Shown here piece after piece: positions 9,083-18,466 of a DNA stretch of 64,000 nt. Under the pieces are notes generated by a model. It saw only the letters and a list, made by a program, of their open reading frames with translations. It did not search any database and was not told the DNA's origin. A program made the position numbers and the translations under genes. This stretch comes from an uncultured Neomegalonema sp. (lineage in GTDB: Bacteria > Pseudomonadota > Alphaproteobacteria > Rhodobacterales > Rhodobacteraceae): NCBI GenBank assembly GCA_937974055.1, contig CALJIU010000115.1, positions 2,967-66,966 of the forward strand. The letters run 5' to 3'. Position 1 is the first letter of the stretch, and every line of letters starts with the position of its first letter.

Positions 9083-9568
9083 ATGGCCGGCAGCGTCAAC
9101 AAAGTCATCATCGTCGGCAATCTTGGGCGCGACCCAGAGGTCCGCTCATTCCAGAACGGCGGCAAGGTCTGCAACCTGTCCATCGCAACGTCCGAGAACT
9201 GGAAAGACAAAAACACCGGCGAGCGCAAGGAGCGCACGGAATGGCACCGCGTCGCGATCTTCAACGAAGGTCTCGTCCGCGTATGCGAGCAATACCTGCG
9301 CAAGGGATCGAAGGTCTATCTTGAGGGCCAGCTCGAAACCCGTAAATGGCAGGACCAAAGCGGTCAGGACAAATACTCCACCGAGGTCGTGCTGCGCGGA
9401 TACGGCGGCACCCTGACCATGCTCGACGGGCGCGATGGCGGCGGCGGTGGCGGTATGGGCGGCGGAGGCGGTGGCTATCAGCAGAGCGATAACAGCAGTT
9501 ATGGCGGCAACAGCGAACCACCCCGCGACAGCTACGCCCCTGATCTCGATGACGAGATTCCATTCTAA
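9083..9568 (+). CDS. ssb: Single-stranded DNA-binding protein (copy 1, GC-rich block)
   Basis: OB-fold N-terminus [21 protein letters not shown], a Gly-rich linker and the acidic tail DLDDEIPF. Confidence 0.95.
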   Translation: MAGSVNKVIIVGNLGRDPEVRSFQNGGKVCNLSIATSENWKDKNTGERKERTEWHRVAIFNEGLVRVCEQYLRKGSKVYLEGQLETRKWQDQSGQDKYSTEVVLRGYGGTLTMLDGRDGGGGGGMGGGGGGYQQSDNSSYGGNSEPPRDSYAPDLDDEIPF

Positions 9569-9597
9569 GGCGTTCTGAAAACCATATAACCACGCAC

Positions 9598-9617
9598 CCC
9601 CGGCCCCCGCGCCGGGG
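9598..9617 (+). terminator. GC-rich hairpin downstream of ssb (no U-tract)
   Basis: CCCCGGC-cccgc-GCCGGGG, a 7-bp stem. Confidence 0.35.
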
Positions 9618-9670
9618 CTTCCGTGATGATAGACCAAAAACGACGCCCCTGGCGTCGCTCACAGGCGAGT

Positions 9671-9708
9671 CCCTCCCTCACCCCTGCGCCTGAATGGGGT
9701 CAGGGAGG
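9671..9708 (+). promoter_or_regulatory. Strong hairpin that sequesters the Shine-Dalgarno of the dddP-like gene
   Basis: CCCTCCCTCACCCC ... GGGGTCAGGGAGG forms 12 of 13 base pairs. The 3' arm contains GGGAGG, 8 nt before ATG 9716. Confidence 0.4.
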
Positions 9709-9715
9709 ACGCGCC

Positions 9716-11050
9716 ATGAACATCCATATCGGTTCCAATCGCAAGATCGACCCCAGCCGCCGCCGCGCGACGACCCTATTCAAACCCGACGGCACCCCCC
9801 GCGATAACGACCGCGTCGAAATCGGCCCCACCGATCTGGCCTTCACCGAATGGGCCGTGCGCGGCATCACCCCTCCCGATATGCCGCGCCTGCGCGAATA
9901 CCGCCTCTCCCGCATCGTCGAACAGCTGCAAAAGCGCGACCTCGCCGGTCTCGTCACCTTCGACCCCCTCAATATCCGCTACATCACCGACGCCACGAAT
10001 ATGCAGCTTTGGACGACGCACAACCCCGCACGGGCCTGTTTCGTCTCCGCCGATGGCTACGTCGTCCTGTGGGATTTCCACGGTTCCGACCACCTATCCG
10101 CCCACCTGCCCCTCGTCCGCGAGGTTCGCCACGGGGCCGCGTTCTTCTTCTTTGAAAGCGCCGGGCTGGTCGATCACCACGCCACGAAATTCGCCGCCGA
10201 ACTCGATGCCCTCCTGCGCGAACACAGCGGCACCAATCGCCGCCTCGCCGTCGACCGTATGGAACGCGCGGGCCACATCGCCCTCGAAAACCTCGGCATC
10301 GAGATCACCAACGGTCAGGAAGTCACCGAATTCGCCCGCTTCATCAAGGACGAGAACGAGGTCAACGCCATGCGCTGCGCCATCGCCGCCTGCGAGGCCG
10401 CAATGCACGAGATGGAGGCGATGGTCCGCCCCGGTATCACCGAAGTCGACGCATGGGCCATCCTGCAACACGGCAACCACATCCGTGGCGGCGAATGGAT
10501 CGAAACGCGCATCCTCTCCTCCGGTCCCCGCACAAACCCGTGGTTTCAGGAGGCCGGCCCCCGCGTCATGGCCGAGGGCGACATCCTCGCCTTCGACACC
10601 GATCTCATCGGTCCCTACGGCTATTGCGCAGATCTCAGCCGCACATGGATCGTCGGCGATGCCGAACCGACCGCTTATGAAAAGCAAATCTACCGCGACG
10701 CCCACGACCATATCCAGACAAACATGGCCCTACTGCGCCCCGGCCTCACCATCGACGAGCTGACCGACCTCGCCCAACCGCTCCCCGCCAAATACGCCGA
10801 CCAACGCTACGGCGTCGTCTTCCACGGCGTCGGCCTCTGCGACGAATACCCCTCCGTCCGCTACCCGCAGGACTGGGAGGCCGGAATGCACGACGCCATC
10901 CTCGAACCCGGCATGACCCTCTGCGTCGAGGTCTATTACGGCGAGGTCGGCGGTCCCTGCGGCATCAAGCTGGAGGATCAGGTGCTCATCACCGAAACCG
11001 GCTTTGAAAACCTCACGACCTACCCCTTCGACGCACGCTTTCTTGCCTGA
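9716..11050 (+). CDS. dddP: DddP-like M24 metallopeptidase-fold enzyme (putative DMSP lyase)
   Basis: RKIDPSR, VEIGPTDLAF, FDPLNIRY, TNMQLWTTHNP, GGEWIETR, GPRTNPWFQE, FDTDLIGPYGYCADLSR and IKLEDQVLIT match my recollection of roseobacter DddP. Metal-ligand positions (D/D/H/E/E) are present. Confidence 0.7.
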   Translation: MNIHIGSNRKIDPSRRRATTLFKPDGTPRDNDRVEIGPTDLAFTEWAVRGITPPDMPRLREYRLSRIVEQLQKRDLAGLVTFDPLNIRYITDATNMQLWTTHNPARACFVSADGYVVLWDFHGSDHLSAHLPLVREVRHGAAFFFFESAGLVDHHATKFAAELDALLREHSGTNRRLAVDRMERAGHIALENLGIEITNGQEVTEFARFIKDENEVNAMRCAIAACEAAMHEMEAMVRPGITEVDAWAILQHGNHIRGGEWIETRILSSGPRTNPWFQEAGPRVMAEGDILAFDTDLIGPYGYCADLSRTWIVGDAEPTAYEKQIYRDAHDHIQTNMALLRPGLTIDELTDLAQPLPAKYADQRYGVVFHGVGLCDEYPSVRYPQDWEAGMHDAILEPGMTLCVEVYYGEVGGPCGIKLEDQVLITETGFENLTTYPFDARFLA

Positions 11051-11110
11051 CTGTCATTGGCCAAGCGCCCCAACCGCAATACCATCGCGAGAGCAGAATC
11101 GGGGATAGCC

Positions 11111-12295
11111 ATGCACAGCGAAGAATTCACCTTTCACGGGGCCGACGGCACCCGCCTCGCCGGTCGCCTAGACCTCCCCGCAGGCACCCCGCGCGCCACT
11201 GCCCTGTTCGCCCATTGCTTCACCTGCTCAAAGGATTTCGTCGCGTCGCGCCGTATCGCGCAAGGGCTGGTCGATAACGGCATCGCCGTCCTGCGCTTCG
11301 ACTTTACCGGACTGGGCCATTCCGAGGGCGAATTTGCGAATGCGACCTTCTCCTCCAACGTAGACGACCTCGCCGCCGCCGCCGATGCCCTGCGCGCACG
11401 CGGAACGGCCCCTACCCTCCTTGTCGGCCATTCTCTCGGTGGGGCCGCCGTTATCGCCGCCGCGCCGCGCATCCCCGAAGTAAAAGCCGTTGCGACCATC
11501 AATGCCCCCGCCGACCCCGCCCATGTGGTTCACCAATTCCACGACCGCCGCGCCGAGATCGAACGCGACGGCGAGGCCGAGGTTTCCCTCGCCGGTCGTC
11601 CCTTCACGATCCGCAAAAGCTTTCTCGATGATGTCGCCGCCAATACGCTGGACGACCGTCTCGCGGGCCTTCACCGCGCCCTTCTCGTCCTGCACGCGCC
11701 ACTCGACACGACCGTCGGCATAGAAAACGCCACCCGCCTCTTCGTCGGGGCCAAGCACCCGAAAAGCTTCGTGACCCTCGACGGTGCCGATCACCTGCTG
11801 ACCCGCCCCACAGATGCCGCCTATGCCGCCACCGTCATCGCCGCCTGGGCCTCGCGCTACATGCCCGAAGCACCCGCCATCCCCGCACCGGATAGCGGCG
11901 TGCATGTCATCGAAAGCGGAACCAAGGGCTTCCTCAACACCATCGCCGCCCCCCGCGACCGCAGCATCCTAGCGGATGAACCCAAATCCGTGGGCGGCAC
12001 CGATAGGGGCCTTACCCCCTTCGAGCTGGTCGGCGCGGGGCTCGGTGCCTGCACCACCATGACCATGCGCATGTATGCGAACCGCAAGGGCTGGCCCGCC
12101 GGTGCCGCCACCGCCCATGTCACGTGGAGCCAGAAAGATCGCTACAACTCGACCTTCAACCGCACCATTACCCTATCGGGCGACCTGACGGCAGAACAAC
12201 GCGCGCGCCTGATCGAAATCGCCGACCGCTGCCCCGTTCACCGAATGCTGGAAGGCACGATCACCGTCGAGACGCAAATCGCTTCAGACCGCTGA
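11111..12295 (+). CDS. Alpha/beta hydrolase fused to an OsmC-family domain
   Basis: GHSLGG nucleophile elbow in the N-terminal half. C-terminal OsmC-like region (...LGACTTMTMRMYA...ADRCPVHRML). Confidence 0.8.
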   Translation: MHSEEFTFHGADGTRLAGRLDLPAGTPRATALFAHCFTCSKDFVASRRIAQGLVDNGIAVLRFDFTGLGHSEGEFANATFSSNVDDLAAAADALRARGTAPTLLVGHSLGGAAVIAAAPRIPEVKAVATINAPADPAHVVHQFHDRRAEIERDGEAEVSLAGRPFTIRKSFLDDVAANTLDDRLAGLHRALLVLHAPLDTTVGIENATRLFVGAKHPKSFVTLDGADHLLTRPTDAAYAATVIAAWASRYMPEAPAIPAPDSGVHVIESGTKGFLNTIAAPRDRSILADEPKSVGGTDRGLTPFELVGAGLGACTTMTMRMYANRKGWPAGAATAHVTWSQKDRYNSTFNRTITLSGDLTAEQRARLIEIADRCPVHRMLEGTITVETQIASDR

Positions 12296-13499
12296 ACCGC
12301 ATCAGCCCAAAATTATTCAACGGCTGGTACAGCGTCGTGAACATTTCCTCGAAGCGCGGCTTCTCCCAGCCGACCATTCCGCGAATTTCGCCAAGGTTGC
12401 GCCGCCCATCCACTGCCGCAAGGATGCCCGCCGCATCCTGTGGCAGCTTGCGCTGAAAGCCAACGCCGTCGAATTCACCCCGGATCATCCCGTTTTTATA
12501 GATCGATTCCGCCAAGGCCGCCCCCGACGCCCCGATCAAACACGGCACAGCGGTTTCAGAAACCTCCGCAATCCGCGCAGGCTCGCCCGCTTTCGCGGCG
12601 TAGAAGGCATGGACCTTGATATTCCCGACCAGCCGCTCGGCCAGCGCGGCCCTCTCACGATACGGCAACGCCTCCGCCCGCGCGCGCAGGTCAGGATCAC
12701 CGATCATCATGCGCGGCTCATACCGTCCGGGCGTCGCAAACGACACGAGTCCAAGGTCCGCCCGCTCCAGCGCATCGAACAACTCCCCCACCGAATAGGG
12801 GCGGTCGCGGCTGTGCAGCAGCAGGTCGTACAACCCCGCATCTCCGCCATTCGCATGGTCGTTCAGAAACGGATTGCGCAGAAGCCCATTCGTTGGCGGC
12901 ATCCCTTGCAGTAATGTGCGGGTCAGGCGTACCTGCTCCGCCGGTTGATCATCCGCCACCAGCGCCCTCAGCGCATCCTGCATCTCGTAGACCCCGGCCC
13001 GGCCATAGGGCGCATAGACCATCGCCCCGATGCCACCCCCGTCGGCCAACGCCCCACGCAGGGCCGCAAACCCGGCATCCGGGTCCGGCAAGTGATGCAG
13101 AACGCCACAGCAATCAATGTAGTCGAACACACCGAAAGACGCCGCATCCAGCAAATCACCCGTCTCAAAGCGGATATTGCCCAGACCCCGCGCCGCCGCC
13201 CGTGCCTCCGCAATCTGACGGCTGGCCACGGACATATCGAGATACACGATCTCCACATCGGCTCCGTGATCGGCGAATATCTGCGCCATCATCACGCTTC
13301 CGTCGCCCGTGCCGCCCCCCGCAACGAGTACGCGGAACGGCTGCGACCAATCGCGCGCGCCGCCGAACAAAAAATGGTCGATCTCGAACGGATGACTGGG
13401 CGATCCGCTGATAAGGCGCGTCGCCTCCTCCGCCGGGTCACGTGCGGGATAGGGATACGCCTCGTATTGCCGCTGCACCGGATCGTCTGAAGACGGCAT
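12261..13499 (-). CDS. Class I SAM-dependent methyltransferase with a C-terminal extension
   Basis: VLVAGGGTGDG motif I and GVLHHLPDP. 412 aa. Its start shares 1 nt with the stop of the upstream aminotransferase. Confidence 0.75.
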   Translation of the reverse strand: MPSSDDPVQRQYEAYPYPARDPAEEATRLISGSPSHPFEIDHFLFGGARDWSQPFRVLVAGGGTGDGSVMMAQIFADHGADVEIVYLDMSVASRQIAEARAAARGLGNIRFETGDLLDAASFGVFDYIDCCGVLHHLPDPDAGFAALRGALADGGGIGAMVYAPYGRAGVYEMQDALRALVADDQPAEQVRLTRTLLQGMPPTNGLLRNPFLNDHANGGDAGLYDLLLHSRDRPYSVGELFDALERADLGLVSFATPGRYEPRMMIGDPDLRARAEALPYRERAALAERLVGNIKVHAFYAAKAGEPARIAEVSETAVPCLIGASGAALAESIYKNGMIRGEFDGVGFQRKLPQDAAGILAAVDGRRNLGEIRGMVGWEKPRFEEMFTTLYQPLNNFGLMRFSGLKRFASRR

Positions 13500-14353
13500 C
13501 AGGTCGCCGTTTCCAGCGCCAATTCGATATATTTTTCACGCAGCTTCTGCGTAATTGGTCCCGGCACGCCCTGCGAGATTGCCTTATGATCGACGCTGAT
13601 GACCGGCATCACGAAGGCCGATGCACTGGTCGAAAACGCCTCCGCCGCGCCCTGTGCCTCCTCGATGGTAAAGGGCCGCTCCTCGATGGTCAGGTTTTCC
13701 TGCTTCGCGATGTCGAGCACCGCCCGCCGCGTGATCCCGCTCAGAATATCATTGCCTAATTGCCGCGTGATCAGCACACCATCCGCCGTGATGATGAAGG
13801 CGTTATTCGATGACCCCTCGGTCACGAACCCATCTTCCACCATCCACGCATCATCCGCACCCGCCGACAACGCCGCCTGCTTGGCCAAGGATTGCGCGAG
13901 CAGTTGCACCGTCTTGATATCGCGCCGCGCCCAGCGAATATCGGGCTGCGAGACAACCCGAATCCCCCGCGCCGCCTTCGGACTGGACGAAATAGGCCGG
14001 TCCTGCGTGAACAGCACAAGGCTGGGTTTCTCGTCTTTGGGAAAGTTGAAATCTCGGTCCGCAACGCCCCGGCTGACCTGTAGATATACCATCCCCTCAT
14101 CGAGGTTATTCGCCTCAATCAACTCGCGCTGGATGAACGGAATATCCGCCACCGGCACCGGGCATCTCATCTTCAACTCGGAAAGCGAGCGTTCCAGCCG
14201 CCGCAGATGCGCCTCGTTATCGATCAGTTTGCCACCAATGATAGCGGAAACCTCGTAGACCCCGTCCGCGAACAGAAACCCACGGTCAAAGACCGAAATC
14301 TTGGCATCCTCTTCATGGACGTAATCACCGTTGACGTAGACGACGCGACTCAT
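13499..14353 (-). CDS. Class IV aminotransferase (D-amino-acid transaminase-like)
   Basis: VFDRGFLFADGVYEV, a conserved fold-type IV N-terminal motif. 284 aa. Confidence 0.8.
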   Translation of the reverse strand: MSRVVYVNGDYVHEEDAKISVFDRGFLFADGVYEVSAIIGGKLIDNEAHLRRLERSLSELKMRCPVPVADIPFIQRELIEANNLDEGMVYLQVSRGVADRDFNFPKDEKPSLVLFTQDRPISSSPKAARGIRVVSQPDIRWARRDIKTVQLLAQSLAKQAALSAGADDAWMVEDGFVTEGSSNNAFIITADGVLITRQLGNDILSGITRRAVLDIAKQENLTIEERPFTIEEAQGAAEAFSTSASAFVMPVISVDHKAISQGVPGPITQKLREKYIELALETAT

Positions 14354-14427
14354 AAAGCTCTCCCTGCTGAACCCCTATGGTCTAGCCAGAGAACGGTCGA
14401 TCCGCCAAGGATTTTCGATGGTGCCAA

Positions 14428-14985
14428 TCACCCGGTCAGTCGCGCGAAGATCGGCTCGAATGGAATGGTCACGTCCGGCGGATCAAGCGCAAAATCTTCT
14501 CGCACCGACCGCACGATGCTCCAGTCCCGCTCCGGCCCCGCAGAGTGGATCAGGACGAAGCGTTCGACCGGATGGACGATAAGGTAATGTTCAAGCGTCG
14601 GAATACGCTGATAAGCCAGCAACTTATCCCCCATATCGCGAGACGCGGTGGAGGGTGACAGCACTTCGACGATGATGATTGGATCGTGGACATACCGCTC
14701 GTCATCGTCGATCTCTCGCCCGCAAAGAACCATCAGATCAGGGATCAGGGCTAGATCATCGCCATCACTTACGCCCATGCCCGCATAGGCGGTACAGCCG
14801 GGCGGCAAAGCGACATCCAAACTGGCCTCAATGTTCTTGACGACCTTCACATGCCTTCCAAGAACACCGGCCTGCGCGACGATTTCACCGTTCAGCAACT
14901 CATAGCGCAGGCCGTCCGCCTGCATATCGCTCCAGCGGACGAACTCATCGACGGTCATTTTTCGGTTTTGTGCGGCAACGCTCAT
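14428..14985 (-). CDS. Uma2 (DUF820) family endonuclease
   Basis: YELLNGE...PDL...VEVLSPST...D...K...Y pattern of the PD-(D/E)XK Uma2 family. Start taken at ATG 14985; an alternative TTG start is at 15003. Confidence 0.75.
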   Translation of the reverse strand: MSVAAQNRKMTVDEFVRWSDMQADGLRYELLNGEIVAQAGVLGRHVKVVKNIEASLDVALPPGCTAYAGMGVSDGDDLALIPDLMVLCGREIDDDERYVHDPIIIVEVLSPSTASRDMGDKLLAYQRIPTLEHYLIVHPVERFVLIHSAGPERDWSIVRSVREDFALDPPDVTIPFEPIFARLTG

Positions 14986-15009
14986 AAGCGAACGATACCG
15001 CAAATAACG

Positions 15010-16275
15010 TCAATGCGCCACTGCCGCCGCCACACTCTCGTCGATCATGCGGCCTTCGGCAAAGCGGTCCAGAGCGAACGGCGCGGCCACATCATCCGGC
15101 TCGCCCTTCGCCATCGTCGCGGCAAAGCAGTGACCCGACCCCGGTGTTGCCTTGAACCCACCCGTTCCCCAGCCGCAATTGATGAAGATGTTCTCCACCG
15201 GCGTTTTCGAGATAATGGGCGAGCGGTCGCCGGTCATATCCACGATCCCGCCCCACTGACGCAGCATTCGCAAGCGCGAAATCATCGGGAACGTCTCGAC
15301 CAAGGCCGTCACGGTTTCCTCGATATGCTGGAAACTGCCGCGTTGGGTGTAGTTGTTGAACCCGTCCGTACCGCCGCCGATCACCATCTCGCCCTTATCC
15401 GACTGGCTCATATAACCGTGGACGGTATTGGCCATCACAACGATATCCATGCACGGCTTGATCGGCTCCGACACCAAGGCCTGCAACGCGAGGCTTTCGA
15501 TGGGCAGGCGGAAACCCGCCATATCGGCGAGGCGCGAGGAATTGCCCGCCACGACGATGCCCAGCTTCTTGCACTTGATCTCGCCCTTGGTCGTGCGCAC
15601 GCCCGTAACCGTGCCACCCTCCTTGTCGATCCCGATGACTTCGCAGCCCTGAATGATATCGACGCCCATCTCATCCGCCGCTCGGGCAAAGCCCCAGGCC
15701 ACGGCATCGTGACGCGCCGTCCCGCCACGCGGTTGCCACAGCCCGCCAAGCACCGGATACCGCGCACCCCGGTCGATATTGATGATGGGGCACAGCTTCT
15801 TGACCCGCGCCGGATCGGCCCATTCGGTATAGATGCCGTTGACCCGGTTCGCATGGAACGTCCGCTGCCAAGCACGCTTCTCATGCTCGGTCTGCGCTAG
15901 CATCAGCACGCCGCGCGGGCTAAACATGATGTTATAGTTCAATTCCTGCGACAGCGTTTCATACAGCCCACGCGACAGCTCGAATAGCGCAGCGGAGGAA
16001 TCCTGTAGATAATTCGACCGGATGATCGTCGTGTTGCGCCCCGTATTGCCGCCCCCGATCCAACCCTTCTCGATCACCGCGACATTCGTGATCCCGTGAT
16101 TCTTGGCGAGGTAATAGGCCGTCGCCAGCCCATGCCCGCCCCCGCCGACGATGATCGCGTCGTATTCCTTCTTCGGCTCCGGCGAGCGCCACGCGCGCTC
16201 CCAATTTTGGTGGCCGGTCATCGCATTACGCGCGAGGCTGAAGATAGAATAGCGGGCCTTCGGATTGGGCTTCAT
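15010..16275 (-). CDS. soxB: Sarcosine oxidase beta subunit (heterotetrameric type)
   Basis: N-terminus YSIFSLARNAMTGHQNWERAWRSPEPKKEYDAIIVGGGGHGLATAYYLA is characteristic of SoxB. Confidence 0.85.
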   Translation of the reverse strand: MKPNPKARYSIFSLARNAMTGHQNWERAWRSPEPKKEYDAIIVGGGGHGLATAYYLAKNHGITNVAVIEKGWIGGGNTGRNTTIIRSNYLQDSSAALFELSRGLYETLSQELNYNIMFSPRGVLMLAQTEHEKRAWQRTFHANRVNGIYTEWADPARVKKLCPIINIDRGARYPVLGGLWQPRGGTARHDAVAWGFARAADEMGVDIIQGCEVIGIDKEGGTVTGVRTTKGEIKCKKLGIVVAGNSSRLADMAGFRLPIESLALQALVSEPIKPCMDIVVMANTVHGYMSQSDKGEMVIGGGTDGFNNYTQRGSFQHIEETVTALVETFPMISRLRMLRQWGGIVDMTGDRSPIISKTPVENIFINCGWGTGGFKATPGSGHCFAATMAKGEPDDVAAPFALDRFAEGRMIDESVAAAVAH

Positions 16276-16405
16276 GTCCCTGCTCCTGAAACATCGGGGT
16301 GTGTCATCGCGACTGTTATGACCATTTCAGACGCCATGCGACGATCCGCAAGCGCCTTTCGGCATCAAGATTGCGACATGACCGCACGCGACCCGCCGCA
16401 TCCGC

Positions 16406-17674
16406 TTGTCGCCCCGCTCCGCGCGGGGTAAGTTCGCATCGCAATTCGCAGCCGGAGATACCGCCTTGTTCATCGTCCTAGCAGGGGCCTTGGCCGTCAT
16501 CACGGCCCTCGTCCTGATTCTGCCTTTCCTGCGCACGCGCGCCGATACATCGCGCGCCGCCTATGACGCAGAGGCATACCGGGCGCAGCTACGCGAGGTC
16601 GATCAGGATCTAGCGCGCGGCATCCTGACAGAACCGGAAGCGAAAGCCGCGAAGATCGAGATTTCGCGCCGCCTTCTCGCCGCGACTGACGATGCCGACG
16701 GCGAAATCGCCGCCCCGCCGACCCCTTCCTACCTGCGCACTGCCATCGCAACCGCCATCGCCGTCGGCCCCCCCGCCCTAGCCGTGCTGATCTACCTCGC
16801 CATTGGCGAGGCGGGCCGCCCCGACATGCCGCTGGAAGCCCGTACCGACCTTGACGCGCAAATGGCGCAGCGTCCCTCGCAAGCACAGGCCGAGACCTTG
16901 CTCGAGCAAAACGACCTCGCCCCCTTAGCCGCCGAAGCCGACACCCCCGAAGCCCGCAACTTCATCGCCCGCATCGACGAACTCGAAGCCTTCTTGCTGA
17001 AAAATCCCGATGACGTCCGGGGCCGCCGCCTCCTTGCCGGGGCAACCGCCAGCGTAGGACGGTACGCCGATAGCTGGCGACACTACGCGACCTTGGTCGA
17101 GTCTGCCGACGAACCCGATACCGAACTCTACGGAGACCTCGTCGAAACGATGGTTCTTGCGGCCAATGGCTACGTCTCGCCCGAAGCAGAAACCGCCACC
17201 GACGCCGCCATCGCCCTTAACCGTAGCGATCCACGCTTCATCCACTACAAAGCCCTCGCCCTCGCCCAGCGCGGCGAAACCGAGGCCGCCTATGCCCGCT
17301 GGTCCGCCTTGCTCGACAGCGCCGACCCCAGCACGCCATGGCTGCCGATGGTCTATCGCCATGCAAGGCAAGCGGCGGAAGAACTCGGCGTCACACTCTC
17401 TATCCGCACAGCGCCCGGTCCATCAAGCGAGCAGGTCGAAGCGGCAGGCGAGATGAGCGACGATGATCGCCGCGACATGATCGAAGGCATGGTATCCAGC
17501 CTCGCCGCCCGCCTCGCCGAAGACCCTGACGACCTCGACGGCTGGCTACGCCTGATCCGCGCCTACGGCGTCATGGGCCGCGACGAAGACCGCGCCACCG
17601 CCATCGACATGGCTCGCACCACCTTCGCCGATGACGCCGCCGCCCTCGCCCGGCTGGACGAGGCAGCGCAGTGA
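16406..17674 (+). CDS. ccmI: Cytochrome c-type biogenesis protein CcmI (CycH)
   Basis: N-terminal TM helix followed by AYDAEAYRAQLREVDQDLARGILTEPEA and TPR-like repeats. The true start may be TTG 16466 (MFIVLAG...). Confidence 0.75.
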   Translation: MSPRSARGKFASQFAAGDTALFIVLAGALAVITALVLILPFLRTRADTSRAAYDAEAYRAQLREVDQDLARGILTEPEAKAAKIEISRRLLAATDDADGEIAAPPTPSYLRTAIATAIAVGPPALAVLIYLAIGEAGRPDMPLEARTDLDAQMAQRPSQAQAETLLEQNDLAPLAAEADTPEARNFIARIDELEAFLLKNPDDVRGRRLLAGATASVGRYADSWRHYATLVESADEPDTELYGDLVETMVLAANGYVSPEAETATDAAIALNRSDPRFIHYKALALAQRGETEAAYARWSALLDSADPSTPWLPMVYRHARQAAEELGVTLSIRTAPGPSSEQVEAAGEMSDDDRRDMIEGMVSSLAARLAEDPDDLDGWLRLIRAYGVMGRDEDRATAIDMARTTFADDAAALARLDEAAQ

Positions 17675-18150
17675 AACTCGCCCAATCGCCCGAAGATTTC
17701 CTCGCCATGATCGGCCCGGAAGGCGCACTCCTCGGCATCGACCCCGGCACCAAGACCATCGGCCTCGCCGTCAGTGATGAACGTCGCGGCCACGCCTCGC
17801 CCCTGCACACCATCGCCCGCAGCAAGCTGACCCAAGACCTCGAAAGCCTGCGCGCCGTTGTTACCGACCGCGAGATTTGCGGCATCGTCCTTGGGATGCC
17901 GGTCAATATGAACGGCACCGCCGGTCCCCGCGCGCAATCGGTCCGCGCATTCTCCCGCAGCATCGAGGACGCGCTCGGCCTGCCCGTTCTGCACTGGGAT
18001 GAACGCCTGTCCTCCGTCGCCGCCGAAGAAGCCATGATCGCCGCCGGGATGAACCGCAAGGCCCGCGCCGAACGCATCGACGCGATGGCCGCCGCCGAAA
18101 TTCTGCGCGGGGCGCTCGACCGCCTTGCGATGCCCATAATCACGACCTAG
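17671..18150 (+). CDS. ruvX: Holliday junction resolvase-like protein RuvX (YqgF)
   Basis: LGIDPGTKTIGLAVSD and GMPVNMNG...WDERLSS motifs. The GTG start overlaps the ccmI stop. Confidence 0.85.
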   Translation: MKLAQSPEDFLAMIGPEGALLGIDPGTKTIGLAVSDERRGHASPLHTIARSKLTQDLESLRAVVTDREICGIVLGMPVNMNGTAGPRAQSVRAFSRSIEDALGLPVLHWDERLSSVAAEEAMIAAGMNRKARAERIDAMAAAEILRGALDRLAMPIITT

Positions 18151-18196
18151 CTTTATCACAACGCCGCTCGTCGGCTCGACATACAGGCACCGGCGC

Positions 18197-18466
18197 ATGG
18201 CAGATCACAACCCCAGTTCGACCGACACCGTTTGGCGACGCGACGAAATCGAGTCGCCCTGCATTAAGGTCTGCGTCCTCCACCCCACCGAACGCCTTTG
18301 CATGGGTTGCTACCGCAGCGGCGAGGAAATCGCGGGCTGGTCACGCTACACCCCCGAACAACGGCGCAGCGTCATGGACACCCTGCCCGCCCGCGCCGAC
18401 CGCATGGATACCGCCAAACCGCCTCGCCGGGGCGGTCGCGCCGGTCGGCTGAGGAACGACCGATGA
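18197..18466 (+). CDS. DUF1289 domain protein
   Basis: SPCIKVCVLHP...LCMGCYRSGEEIAGW cysteine motif. Confidence 0.8.
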   Translation: MADHNPSSTDTVWRRDEIESPCIKVCVLHPTERLCMGCYRSGEEIAGWSRYTPEQRRSVMDTLPARADRMDTAKPPRRGGRAGRLRNDR

